A stretch of 64,000 nt of DNA from an uncultured Candidatus Saccharibacteria bacterium (GCA_964398815.1 CAYNNZ010000003.1:6676-70675), one strand, 5' to 3'; shown: positions 37,725 to 47,161, counted from the first letter of the stretch. Notes: generated by a model not told the origin, from the sequence alone. Program-made: numbers and translations.

Positions 37725-38626
37725 TACGTACACTCCTCCGTAATATTCGTTACCTTCTCACGGAGGACCTGCGTAGCACTACGTGGCGATTGTTTATGAT
37801 GGAGAAGTCCATTCGTGGGGTAAGTACGCTCGCGCTCCGTACGTCGCATCCGGGACTACCTCTGTATGCGCCGGTCGCCCACAGTGAAATCAACGAGCAC
37901 GAGCAGCGCATTTATTCTCAAAATGGCGAGGACGGTATCCTCATGTGGCTTTTTTCGAAAATAGGAACCAGTACCAAAACATTTATAGAATTTGGTGCAG
38001 GAAGCGGCCGCGAGTGCCTCGCAGCTAATCTCGTTCTCAACTTTGGATGGGCAGGATTGCTTATGGATGGTTCAGGAGAAAATATCTCATCCGCTCGTCT
38101 CTTCTTTAAGTACTTACTCCCGTGGTCACAGTACGAGCAGCTGGAGATTAGGCAGGAGTTCGTAACGCGAGAAAATATCGAAACGCTCCTTGCGGGCCGT
38201 CGACATCAGGGAGAAGTCGACCTTCTGTCCATAGATATAGACGGTAACGATTATTGGGTGTGGGAAGCCATTGAGTCTATTACGCCGCGGGTGGCCGTTA
38301 TCGAATACAACGCAACGTTTGGACCGACCGCATCAATCACAGTGCCGTATCGTGCGGACTTCAACGCCTATGCAGAACATCCACTCGGTCTCTACCACGG
38401 CGTCTCGGTACAAGCACTCAAGAAACTGGGAGAGCGAAAGGGGTACACTTTCCTCGGGTGTGATTCGAATGGCGCGAATACCTTCTTCGTGCGGAATAAC
38501 CTTGTTGGGAGTCTGGCTCCTGCCGACCCCGTCCAGGCATTTTATGACAATGAGCATAAACTTAAGCGCGGCTCCCAGCTCGCCCAAGCAGAGCTTATTG
38601 CTGGGAAGGAGCTAGTTGAGGTGTAG
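37721..38626 (+). CDS. FkbM-family methyltransferase-like protein
   Basis: …IYSQNGEDGILMWLFSKIG…FIEFGAGSGRECL… (the Q-x-GED motif typical of the FkbM family). ATGA overlap. Confidence 0.4.
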   Translation: MIRTLLRNIRYLLTEDLRSTTWRLFMMEKSIRGVSTLALRTSHPGLPLYAPVAHSEINEHEQRIYSQNGEDGILMWLFSKIGTSTKTFIEFGAGSGRECLAANLVLNFGWAGLLMDGSGENISSARLFFKYLLPWSQYEQLEIRQEFVTRENIETLLAGRRHQGEVDLLSIDIDGNDYWVWEAIESITPRVAVIEYNATFGPTASITVPYRADFNAYAEHPLGLYHGVSVQALKKLGERKGYTFLGCDSNGANTFFVRNNLVGSLAPADPVQAFYDNEHKLKRGSQLAQAELIAGKELVEV

Positions 38627-39872
38627 TACGCACCGAGTGATACTTCACCAGCGCGCTCAGCAATATGAGGTTAAATACACGGCCAATTATGCGCGCGACA
38701 ATTACGCCGAGCAGGCCATAGAAAATGGTACACGCCACTAACGTTCCAATGAGCACAATGGGGGATGCAATGTTGAAGATATAGAGCTCTCGTTTAGCGG
38801 CCTGTGCCTGCAGAACAGTGAGTGGAATCGTATTTGAGACAAACATAAGAGAGAGTGCGAACAGCTGCGAATACCATATCGCGTCTGTATAGGCCGGTAG
38901 GAAAAGTTGGAAAAAAAGCGGTGCCAGTGCAACATAAAATATCGTTGCTAGTGCCAGAAATCCTGTGTAATACGCCAAACGATGCCACAAGTTTGCCTCA
39001 ATTTCTTGTGGAGTACGTTGCGAGAACTTTGGAAATGCGAGGGTCGCAATATTGTTAAGCAGTCCCTTGATCTGTTCCGGGAAGGCGAGGGCAAATGTAT
39101 ACACCGCAAGCTGGGCAGCACCAAGGAAGTGGAATACTAGGAGCTTATCTATCTGCTGCGAGATAGTCGCCAATACGTTCATGGCACTGAAATGACTTCC
39201 GTTACGGAAGAAATCAGGAGCTTCCTTAGTATTGGGCTTGAACCGCTTATAGACCCACAATCCAAATAGGAGTCCAATAATAACGTTGCCGAGCAAGTAG
39301 ATTCCGAAGAAGACCAAAGGGTCCTGCGACACGAACATGGTTCCCAGAAGAAGGAGTGCGGGGAATAGGTTCAGAATTATTCCGAAGAGTGAATAGAGGC
39401 GGAATTCCCGCTTGGCTTCGAGGTATATGCCAAACAGGAAGCTGGCCTGCATGAATGGACCGACGAGCGCGATCAAAAGGAGTCCGAATCCGAGTGTCTG
39501 GTTATGCTGAATGAAATAATAGGCCGATGCAGGCACCGAGATAAGAGAGATGGGAAGACTGCCGAGCACCGTGAGCTTAAACGACCGTTTGTAGACTCCC
39601 TCGTCTCCGCGTGCGATTGCTTGAGTTGCTGCAGTCGAGAGGCCGGTTAAGGAAAACGCAGATAGGGTCCAAAAGACCGACAATAGGAAGCGATAGGTGC
39701 CGTATGTCTCCTTTGAAACGAAGTGAGCAAACGCGATCGAGGAACCGAAAGCCACGAGTGCAATGCCAATCTGGCTTATAGTCAGCCAACCTATACCTTT
39801 TATGGCATAGGTCATGTCGGTCTTAAAATAGCGCTCGCTCCATCGGAGGAGACGCTCGAGGCGGGCATGCAT
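38595..39872 (-). CDS. Wzx-like oligosaccharide flippase (MOP superfamily polysaccharide biosynthesis protein)
   Basis: 425 aa, at least 12 TM helices, with the typical N-terminal region of polysaccharide-biosynthesis/MOP exporters. Confidence 0.65.
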   Translation of the reverse strand: MHARLERLLRWSERYFKTDMTYAIKGIGWLTISQIGIALVAFGSSIAFAHFVSKETYGTYRFLLSVFWTLSAFSLTGLSTAATQAIARGDEGVYKRSFKLTVLGSLPISLISVPASAYYFIQHNQTLGFGLLLIALVGPFMQASFLFGIYLEAKREFRLYSLFGIILNLFPALLLLGTMFVSQDPLVFFGIYLLGNVIIGLLFGLWVYKRFKPNTKEAPDFFRNGSHFSAMNVLATISQQIDKLLVFHFLGAAQLAVYTFALAFPEQIKGLLNNIATLAFPKFSQRTPQEIEANLWHRLAYYTGFLALATIFYVALAPLFFQLFLPAYTDAIWYSQLFALSLMFVSNTIPLTVLQAQAAKRELYIFNIASPIVLIGTLVACTIFYGLLGVIVARIIGRVFNLILLSALVKYHSVRTTPQLAPSQQ

Positions 39873-39941
39873 ATTCCTTATATAGTAGCCCCGCCTCCCT
39901 TGGGAGGCGAGTACCTAGCCTGTAACCGCCTGGCATAGGGG

Positions 39942-42116
39942 ATGGTGGCAGGGGTGGTATCATCTGCCCATATGACCATGAAGGACTTAGCCCGCTGGGC
40001 CGTGTATGTGCCGCTGTTTATCATCCCGTTCATTCCGCTCTATGTCGCGAACGACCTATTTTTCCCTTTCATAACCGGAAAGGGATTTGCGTTCCGCATA
40101 CTCGCTGAAATAGCGCTCGCTGGCTACGTAGTCCTCGCGATGGCCGATGCACGGTACCGTCCGCGATTCTCATGGGTCTTCGTCCTCTATGGCGCGTTTA
40201 TCCTCTGGATGCTTATTGCGGACCTCGCTGGCATGAATCCGCATAAGGCGCTCTGGAGCAACTTCGAGCGCATGGAGGGCTGGGTCACGCTCATACACGT
40301 CTTCATGTTCTTCCTCGTGTCAGGCGCGGTCTTCTCGACCGATAAGCTTTGGCGCAAGTGGTGGCTCACCTTCATCGGCGCTTCCGCGCTCCTGTGCTGC
40401 TACTGCCTCCTCCAGCTTTCAGGCGCAATCACCATCCATCAGGGAGGGGTGCGCGTCGACGGTACATTTGGAAACGCGGCATATCTCGCGGCATATCTTC
40501 TCTTCGCTGCGGCAGTGACCATCTGGCAGGCGCTTGAATCTAAGGAGTGGATGCGTTACTCACTTCTCGTCCTTGCCGCATTCCAAATCATCATTATCTT
40601 CTTCACTGCAACGCGCGGTGCCGTACTCGGCCTTGTCGGAGCAGGCCTCGTGGGCGGCATTCTCTGGGCGGTAGAAGCAGGAGGGAAATCCCGCAAGATA
40701 GCGGCCGGCATCGTGGGAATCATCATCCTCATGGCGGGAGGATTCTACCTCATAAAGGACAGTCAGTTCGTAAAGTCTGAGCCTACACTCGACCGCATCT
40801 CCTCCATCTCGCTCAAGGACCTCTCGGTGCGCTCGACCCTCTGGGGCATGGCCCTTAAGGGAGTCGCAGAGCGTCCGGTATTCGGTTGGGGTCAGGAAGG
40901 ATTCAATTACATATTCAATAAGTACTACGAGCCATCCCTCTATGCGCAGGAGCCGTGGTTCGATCGTGCCCACGATGTGTTCATCGACTGGCTCGTCGCA
41001 GGCGGCATCCCCGGATTCCTCCTCTTCCTCGGGGCATTCGCAACTGCCATCTGGGCCCTCTATCGGGGCGGGGCATCGCGTGAGGAGCGCATCCTGCTCA
41101 TCTCTGCACTCGTAGCCTATGGCATTCAGGGCATTGTGGTGTTCGATAACCTCTTTACCTATGTGCCGCTCGCAGCCATACTCGCGACTGCGCACACCGC
41201 GCGCAGCAAACCATGGAAGAAACTCGAGGCCATGCCGAACGCCGGCGAACCGACGCTTCAGATGGCGCTTCCGGTCGCAGCGGTCCTTGGCATTGCGCTC
41301 ATCTGGGTGGTAAACGTTCCGAACATTGCGGCAGCATACTCACTCGTTCGCGCTATTAGCATCACCAGCAATGACCTCGGCCCGAACGTCGCCTACTTCC
41401 AGAAGGCACTCGCTGAGCCGACTTTCGCCAAGCAGGAGGTCCGTGAGCAGTTGGTTATCTTCTCGAGTAATATCGCAGCAGCGCTCGCGAGCGCGCCGAC
41501 GAAGGAACTCGCTCAGGTGACCGGACTCGCACTTGATGAGATGGGTAAGGAGATTGAGTCTCAACCGAATGACGCGCGCCTGCGCCTCGAGTACGCACTT
41601 GGCTATCGTGTGACGGGTGACTATACGAGCGCGCTCAAGCAGATTGCCATTGCGCATCAGCTCTCTCCTCGCAAACAGTCCATCCTCATCGAGCAAGGCA
41701 TTGAGTACTGGCAGGTAGGCGAATTCGCGAAGGCGAAGGAAGCCTTTGACCTCGCATACTCAGTAGACCCATCGTTCGAAGCGCTCGCGGCATACGCTGC
41801 TGCCGGTACGATTGCGGCAGGGGACCTCGAGGGCGGTCGTGCCCAGCTGCTTGAGCGTACGGGCACCACTACCATCGATAACGAAGCGCTCGTCCTCGCG
41901 TACTATCAGGCGAAGGATTACACCGACCTCATCCTCGTGCTACAGGAACAGGTCCGTAAGCAGAATGGCTCGCCAGAATCCCGGTTCCGACTCGCCGCAG
42001 CGCTCGCTGCCGCAGGACGCACCGCCGAGGCGCGCCTGGAGGTATCGAAAGCAGTCGCCGAGCATCCTGAAATGGCGGCGCAGGCAGCCGAGTTCGTAAA
42101 GCATCTACCGAACTAA
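39942..42116 (+). CDS. O-antigen ligase/polymerase (Wzy_C)-family membrane protein with C-terminal TPR repeats
   Basis: About 10 TM with a large periplasmic loop (…FFTATRGAVLGLVGAGL… Wzy_C-like). C-terminal about 250 aa are TPR-like Ala-rich repeats. The start could be ATG 39972/39978. Confidence 0.6.
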   Translation: MVAGVVSSAHMTMKDLARWAVYVPLFIIPFIPLYVANDLFFPFITGKGFAFRILAEIALAGYVVLAMADARYRPRFSWVFVLYGAFILWMLIADLAGMNPHKALWSNFERMEGWVTLIHVFMFFLVSGAVFSTDKLWRKWWLTFIGASALLCCYCLLQLSGAITIHQGGVRVDGTFGNAAYLAAYLLFAAAVTIWQALESKEWMRYSLLVLAAFQIIIIFFTATRGAVLGLVGAGLVGGILWAVEAGGKSRKIAAGIVGIIILMAGGFYLIKDSQFVKSEPTLDRISSISLKDLSVRSTLWGMALKGVAERPVFGWGQEGFNYIFNKYYEPSLYAQEPWFDRAHDVFIDWLVAGGIPGFLLFLGAFATAIWALYRGGASREERILLISALVAYGIQGIVVFDNLFTYVPLAAILATAHTARSKPWKKLEAMPNAGEPTLQMALPVAAVLGIALIWVVNVPNIAAAYSLVRAISITSNDLGPNVAYFQKALAEPTFAKQEVREQLVIFSSNIAAALASAPTKELAQVTGLALDEMGKEIESQPNDARLRLEYALGYRVTGDYTSALKQIAIAHQLSPRKQSILIEQGIEYWQVGEFAKAKEAFDLAYSVDPSFEALAAYAAAGTIAAGDLEGGRAQLLERTGTTTIDNEALVLAYYQAKDYTDLILVLQEQVRKQNGSPESRFRLAAALAAAGRTAEARLEVSKAVAEHPEMAAQAAEFVKHLPN

Positions 42117-43165
42117 TGAAGGTGCGGGAGAACGTAGCGCTGTCCACTCTCACGACGCTTAAGGTCGGCGCAGTGGCGCGCTACGTTCTCTCCATCGATA
42201 GCGAAGCAGATATAGAGACCGCGCTCGCGTTTGTACGCGAGCGCGGTCTTGCGTATGTCGTTCTCGGGGAAGGGAGCAATGTGCTCGCAGAAGATGCTGC
42301 CTATGACGGAGCGATTCTCCTCATGCGCATTTCCGGGCTCTCCTTCCGTGCTGAAGGCGCAACCGCGCTTGTCACCGCTGGCGCTGGCGTGTCGTGGGAC
42401 CTACTGGTGAGTGAGTGCGCTGATAGAGCACTTTGGGGGATTGAGAATCTCGCAGGGATTCCAGGAACGGTCGGCGCAGCGCCTGTCCAGAACATCGGCG
42501 CATACGGAGCAGAAATGCGCGCGGCGCTCGAAGAGGTCACTGCGTATGATGTGCGAGAGCGAACCTATAAGACATTCACGAATGCTGAATGCGGATTCTC
42601 ATACCGAGATAGCCGATTCAAGCATGAGCCGGAACTTGTCATCACCTCCGTGACGCTGCGGCTTGCGACGGCCGGCGTACCGCACGTCGAATATGCTGAC
42701 CTGGTCGCGCTCCGCGAGAAGGGCACCGACCTCTCAACCCCGAGCGCTATCGGCCGTGCCGTGCGAGAAGTGCGTGGTCGCAAATTTCCGGACCTCCGCG
42801 AATACGGTACGGCCGGCTCCTTCTTTAAAAACCCAATCGTATCTGAGGAAAAATATCAGGAGCTCGCGAAGAAGTATGAGCGCGAAGCGGCACCGTACGG
42901 GGGCATCCCGCGCTATCCGGTGCCTGGACAAGTAAAGATTCCACTTGCGTTCATTCTCGATAAATTCTTGGGTCTACGCGGGTATCAACTTGGTCCAGCA
43001 TTTCTGTTCGGCAATCAGCCACTCGTGCTTGTGGCAGGGAAGGGTGCGCATGCATCTGACGTAGATGCGCTTGCGTGCGATATCGAAGCGCGCGTCGAGC
43101 GCGCAACGGGTATTCGCATTGAACGGGAAGTCAGATTCTTGCGTGCACACGAAGCGCGTTTGTAA
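42116..43165 (+). CDS. murB: UDP-N-acetylenolpyruvoylglucosamine reductase MurB
   Basis: FAD-binding N-terminus and the motif …IENLAGIPGTVGAAPVQNIGAYG…; the C-terminal MurB domain. Confidence 0.8.
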   Translation: MKVRENVALSTLTTLKVGAVARYVLSIDSEADIETALAFVRERGLAYVVLGEGSNVLAEDAAYDGAILLMRISGLSFRAEGATALVTAGAGVSWDLLVSECADRALWGIENLAGIPGTVGAAPVQNIGAYGAEMRAALEEVTAYDVRERTYKTFTNAECGFSYRDSRFKHEPELVITSVTLRLATAGVPHVEYADLVALREKGTDLSTPSAIGRAVREVRGRKFPDLREYGTAGSFFKNPIVSEEKYQELAKKYEREAAPYGGIPRYPVPGQVKIPLAFILDKFLGLRGYQLGPAFLFGNQPLVLVAGKGAHASDVDALACDIEARVERATGIRIEREVRFLRAHEARL

Positions 43166-43380
43166 TTTTTTACGAAACGTAATGCAAGAAGCACTCACAA
43201 ATATTTTTTATAAAAACTTTTTTGAAAATAAATTTTGCAAAGTTATCCACACATTAAAAAAAATTCACACAAAAATAATTACAAAGCGTAATAATAAACA
43301 ACAGAACACATTCGCGCGAAATTTATTTAGCTTTGCGCGGGTGGGTCGACAATATCAGTCGTAGAAAACTATCTATACCT
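43166..43380 (+). promoter_or_regulatory. Extremely AT-rich (about 25% GC) intergenic island, putative strong promoter/UP-element region
   Basis: A/T-tract runs (aatattttttataaaaacttttttgaaaataaattttgcaaag…ttaaaaaaaattcacacaaaaataattacaaagcgtaataataaacaac) in an otherwise 55-58% GC window. Confidence 0.45.
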
Positions 43381-43494
43381 ATGGCAGCAAAGAAGAAGGC
43401 CGCAAAGAAGTCAACCAAGCGCAAGAGCGCAAAGAAGACGACCAAGAAGGCCGCAAAGAAGACCACCAAGCGCAAGTCCGCAAAGCGCAAATAG
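43381..43494 (+). CDS. 37-aa lysine/alanine-rich basic protein (histone H1/Hc1-like AKK repeats); not in the ORF track
   Basis: Translation: MAAKKKAAKKSTKRKSAKKTTKKAAKKTTKRKSAKRK*. Clean ATG to TAG, preceded by the AT-rich region and followed 20 nt later by a strong terminator. Confidence 0.6.
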   Translation: MAAKKKAAKKSTKRKSAKKTTKKAAKKTTKRKSAKRK

Positions 43495-43516
43495 TCTTCA
43501 ACAGACGAATGAAAAG

Positions 43517-43538
43517 ACTCCCGCAAGGGAGTTTTTTC
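43517..43538 (+). terminator. Rho-independent terminator of the small basic protein gene
   Basis: ACTCCC-GCAA-GGGAGT followed by TTTTTTC. Confidence 0.7.
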
Positions 43539-43610
43539 ATTGGCCCACACAGAAGATATCGTGGCTCCGTGCCTTCCAGAGGCCGTAAATAAGGGGTATA
43601 GTGCCTATCT

Positions 43611-46133
43611 ATGGCCCTCCTCGGGAAGATGTTCGCCCAGAATCAATCTGCGGCCTTCGTAAAGGCCGCAAAACCGGTTATAGACCGGGCAGCTTCGTTA
43701 TCTGACGAGTTGGAGAAGCTCTCCCAGGATGAGCTGACACAGCGCCTTGAGTCCGTCCGTACCCGCACGGAAGGGCTTCCGACCAAGGATGAGGATGTCG
43801 GCGAAGTCTTCGCCATCGTGCGCGAAGCGGCACGTCGTACGCTTAAGGAACGCCACTATGATGTGCAGCTTATTGGTGGTCTCGCACTGGCGAAAGGAAA
43901 GATTGCCGAGATGCGTACCGGAGAAGGAAAGACGCTTGTTGCAACACTCGCGGTAACGTTGCGGGCGCTCGCGGGGAAAGGTGTGCACGTCGTGACGGTG
44001 AATGATTACCTCGCGCGACGTGACGGTGCGTGGATGGGACAAATCTACGGCTATCTCGGACTTACCGTCGGCATCGTCACTTCGGGCGGCTCCTATATAT
44101 ATGATCCGTCGCACGTGCCGCAGTCAGAAGACGATGCGCGTGATGAGACCGGCTCCTTCCGTGTCTTCTACGATTTCCTTCGTCCGGTCCCAAAACAGGA
44201 GGCCTATGCTGCGCATATTACGTACGCGACGAATAACGAGCTTGGCTTCGATTATCTCCGCGACAACACGGCGTACGACCCGGGACAGATGGTGCAACGC
44301 GGACATCATTACGCAATCGTGGACGAAATCGACTCCATCCTTATCGATGAGGCGCGTACACCGCTCATTATCTCTGGTCCTGCAGAGGATGCCGAACAGC
44401 TCTATGCGAAGTTTGCAGACATCGCACGCACGATGAACGAGGAAGAGGACTATTCCGTCGACGAAAAGCAGAAGGCGATACAGCTGACACCGGAAGGCAT
44501 TGAGAAGGCGGAGAAGGCGCTCGGCATTGAGAACCTCTACACCGAGGGCGGCATGAAGATGGCTCATCACCTCGAGACGGCGGTCCGTGCTAAGGCCCTG
44601 TTCCATAAAGATAAGGAGTATGTCGTAAAGGATAAGGAGATACTTATCGTCGACGAATTCACGGGCCGCATGCAGCCGGGTCGTCGCTGGAGCGAAGGAC
44701 TTCACCAGGCCATAGAGGCGAAGGAGGGCGTGCCCATCCAGAAGGAGACTCGCACCTATGCGTCCGTGACGTTCCAGAACTACTTCCGCATGTACGAGGC
44801 ACTCGGCGGCATGACCGGTACGGGCCTCTCCTCAGAAGAGGAGTTTTATACCGTCTACAAACTCGACGTTGTTGTCGTACCGACCAATCGCCCGGTGGCC
44901 CGTATAGACCACGATGACCTCATCTTCCAAACCAACGAGGGCAAGTACACTGCGCTCACACGTGCAGTCAAAGCCCTTCAGGAGAAGGGACAGCCAGTGC
45001 TCGTCGGTACGGTATCTATCGAGGATAACGACGTGGTAGCCGATTACTTCACCCGAGCAGGAGTGCCTCACGAGGTGCTGAACGCGAAGAACCACGAGCG
45101 CGAAGGAGAAATCATCGCACAGGCCGGGCGCGCCGGTCGCGTGACCGTCGCAACCAACCTCGCCGGCCGCGGCGTGGACATCAAGCTCGGAGGCGCTCCC
45201 GTCTCTAAAGATGAGTACGAGCGCGTGAAGAGTCTGGGCGGACTTGCCGTTATCGGCACCGAGCGTCATGAGGCGCGCCGCATCGACAACCAGCTGCGCG
45301 GACGTTCCGGACGCCAGGGCGACCCAGGCGAGACGCAGTTCTATGTGTCCCTCGAGGACAAATTGATGCGCGTCTTTGCGTCAGATGTACTCAAGAACGT
45401 TATGGGAACGTTCAAAATTGCCACCGACGAGCCTATTGCAAGCGGCATGATAACCAAATCGCTCGAGACCGCGCAGAAGCGTATTGAGGGATTCAATTTC
45501 GACTCTCGCAAGCAGGTGCTCGCGTACGATGATGTGCTTAATACCCAGCGTCTCGCGGTCTACCATGAGCGTCGCACCGCGCTCCTCGGCTCGCTCGAAG
45601 ACATCGAGGGTCGCCTCGTTGAGATTATCGGAGGCGATGAGACGGCGCTCGCGGCATTCCATGAGAAGCAGAAGACCTTCGGTCGTGAGCAATTTGGTGC
45701 AATAATCCGCCGCATCATGCTCCAGGTCACGGATGCCTTCTGGCTCGAGCACCTCGAATCAATGGAGTACCTGCGTCGCTCCGTGTCGCTACGGGCGTAT
45801 GGACAGCGCGACCCACTCATCGAATATCGCCGTGAAGGTCTCCTCATGTTTAATACGATGCAGGAAAATATAGCTCAGGCTATCCGTGAAGCGCTTCCAC
45901 GGATCATGCCTGCCGATGATTCGCGCATTCGTGCAGAAGAGGAACGCGTGCGTCGCTCCATGGTCGCTGCAAGCGAGGGAGGCGAAGCTGCTCCGCAGGC
46001 TCCTGTAGTAAAGGTGGGTAAGGAGTACGGACGCAACGACGAGGTCACCATCAGGATGGGGGAAGAAACGCAGACACTCAAATACAAAAAAGCGGAACCC
46101 TTGCTCGCGCAGGGTTGGAGCATCGTCGAGTAA
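43611..46133 (+). CDS. secA: Preprotein translocase ATPase SecA
   Basis: …MRTGEGKTLVATL…VHVVTVNDYLARRD…GTERHE(A)RRIDNQLRGRSGRQGDPG…; 840 aa. Confidence 0.9.
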   Translation: MALLGKMFAQNQSAAFVKAAKPVIDRAASLSDELEKLSQDELTQRLESVRTRTEGLPTKDEDVGEVFAIVREAARRTLKERHYDVQLIGGLALAKGKIAEMRTGEGKTLVATLAVTLRALAGKGVHVVTVNDYLARRDGAWMGQIYGYLGLTVGIVTSGGSYIYDPSHVPQSEDDARDETGSFRVFYDFLRPVPKQEAYAAHITYATNNELGFDYLRDNTAYDPGQMVQRGHHYAIVDEIDSILIDEARTPLIISGPAEDAEQLYAKFADIARTMNEEEDYSVDEKQKAIQLTPEGIEKAEKALGIENLYTEGGMKMAHHLETAVRAKALFHKDKEYVVKDKEILIVDEFTGRMQPGRRWSEGLHQAIEAKEGVPIQKETRTYASVTFQNYFRMYEALGGMTGTGLSSEEEFYTVYKLDVVVVPTNRPVARIDHDDLIFQTNEGKYTALTRAVKALQEKGQPVLVGTVSIEDNDVVADYFTRAGVPHEVLNAKNHEREGEIIAQAGRAGRVTVATNLAGRGVDIKLGGAPVSKDEYERVKSLGGLAVIGTERHEARRIDNQLRGRSGRQGDPGETQFYVSLEDKLMRVFASDVLKNVMGTFKIATDEPIASGMITKSLETAQKRIEGFNFDSRKQVLAYDDVLNTQRLAVYHERRTALLGSLEDIEGRLVEIIGGDETALAAFHEKQKTFGREQFGAIIRRIMLQVTDAFWLEHLESMEYLRRSVSLRAYGQRDPLIEYRREGLLMFNTMQENIAQAIREALPRIMPADDSRIRAEEERVRRSMVAASEGGEAAPQAPVVKVGKEYGRNDEVTIRMGEETQTLKYKKAEPLLAQGWSIVE

Positions 46134-46134
46134 C

Positions 46135-46164
46135 CCTTCCACCCGGAAGGGTTCGTCATTTAGC
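46135..46164 (+). terminator. Possible terminator/attenuator hairpin between secA and obg
   Basis: CCCTTCC-ACCC-GGAAGGG followed by TTCGTCATTT. Confidence 0.35.
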
Positions 46165-46186
46165 GTCCTGTGATAGGGTGAGAGCA

Positions 46187-47161
46187 ATGGCACTCATAGA
46201 CCACGTAATCCTCCATGCAACCGCCGGCCGCGGTGGCGACGGCGTCGTTCGCTGGATGCATACCAAGGAGAAGGCGAAAGCTGGACCGGGCGGTGGCGAT
46301 GGCGGCCGCGGTGGCGATGTCGTACTCGTGGGAGTGCGCGACCTTGCTGCACTCGCCCAGTATCGATTCACAAAAAAGTTCCGCGCCGAGAAAGGAGGCA
46401 ACGGCGAGAACAACGAGCGGCACGGTGCCGATGGGGAAGACGTGATACTCAAGGTCCCGGTAGGGACTGTTGCGCGCGTGCCCCAGACGAACGAGTCCTA
46501 CGAGATTCTCTCCGAAGGACAGCGAGAGGTGGTATTCAAGGGAGGTGTGGGAGGGTTCGGTAATGCTCACTTCAAGAGCTCGGTGAACCAGAATCCATTC
46601 CAGTCTCGCGAGGGTAAGCCGGGTCAGGCTGGGGATATCGAAATAAGCCTCAAGCTCATCGCAGACGTGGGCTTCATCGGCTTCCCGAACGCAGGGAAGT
46701 CCTCTCTCCTGAACGAGCTCACGAACGCCCGTTCGAAGGTGGCGAACTATGCCTTCACCACTCTCGACCCTAACCTCGGGGACTTTTACGGGTACATCCT
46801 CGCTGACATTCCAGGACTCATAGAGGGAGCCTCGTCGGGCAAAGGCCTCGGTTCTCGCTTCCTCAAGCATATAGAACGCAACCGATTCCTTGTGCATCTC
46901 GTCTCGGCTGAACAAGAAGACCTAGTTTCAGCGTATAGGGCCATACGAAACGAGCTCACTACCTTTGGACGAGGTCTCGCCGAGAAGCGCGAGCTTGTGG
47001 TGCTCTCGAAGGTGGATGTCCTCGCAGAAGGGGAGCAGGAAAAGGCCCTCAAGGCCCTTTCGGAAGCCGCAGGTACAGACGTGATTCCGCTTTCCATACT
47101 TGATTCCGACCTCGTGAAGAAGCTCTCGGACCGGCTTACGGAAGAGTTGCGGAAGGAGTAG
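46187..47161 (+). CDS. obg: GTPase Obg (short form, no TGS domain)
   Basis: Gly-rich Obg fold (…GGRGGDVVL…AEKGGNGENNERHGADGEDVILKVPVGTV) and G-domain GFIGFPNAGKSSLLN…DIPGLIEGAS. Start at ATG 46187 inside ORF 46115-47161. Confidence 0.85.
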   Translation: MALIDHVILHATAGRGGDGVVRWMHTKEKAKAGPGGGDGGRGGDVVLVGVRDLAALAQYRFTKKFRAEKGGNGENNERHGADGEDVILKVPVGTVARVPQTNESYEILSEGQREVVFKGGVGGFGNAHFKSSVNQNPFQSREGKPGQAGDIEISLKLIADVGFIGFPNAGKSSLLNELTNARSKVANYAFTTLDPNLGDFYGYILADIPGLIEGASSGKGLGSRFLKHIERNRFLVHLVSAEQEDLVSAYRAIRNELTTFGRGLAEKRELVVLSKVDVLAEGEQEKALKALSEAAGTDVIPLSILDSDLVKKLSDRLTEELRKE

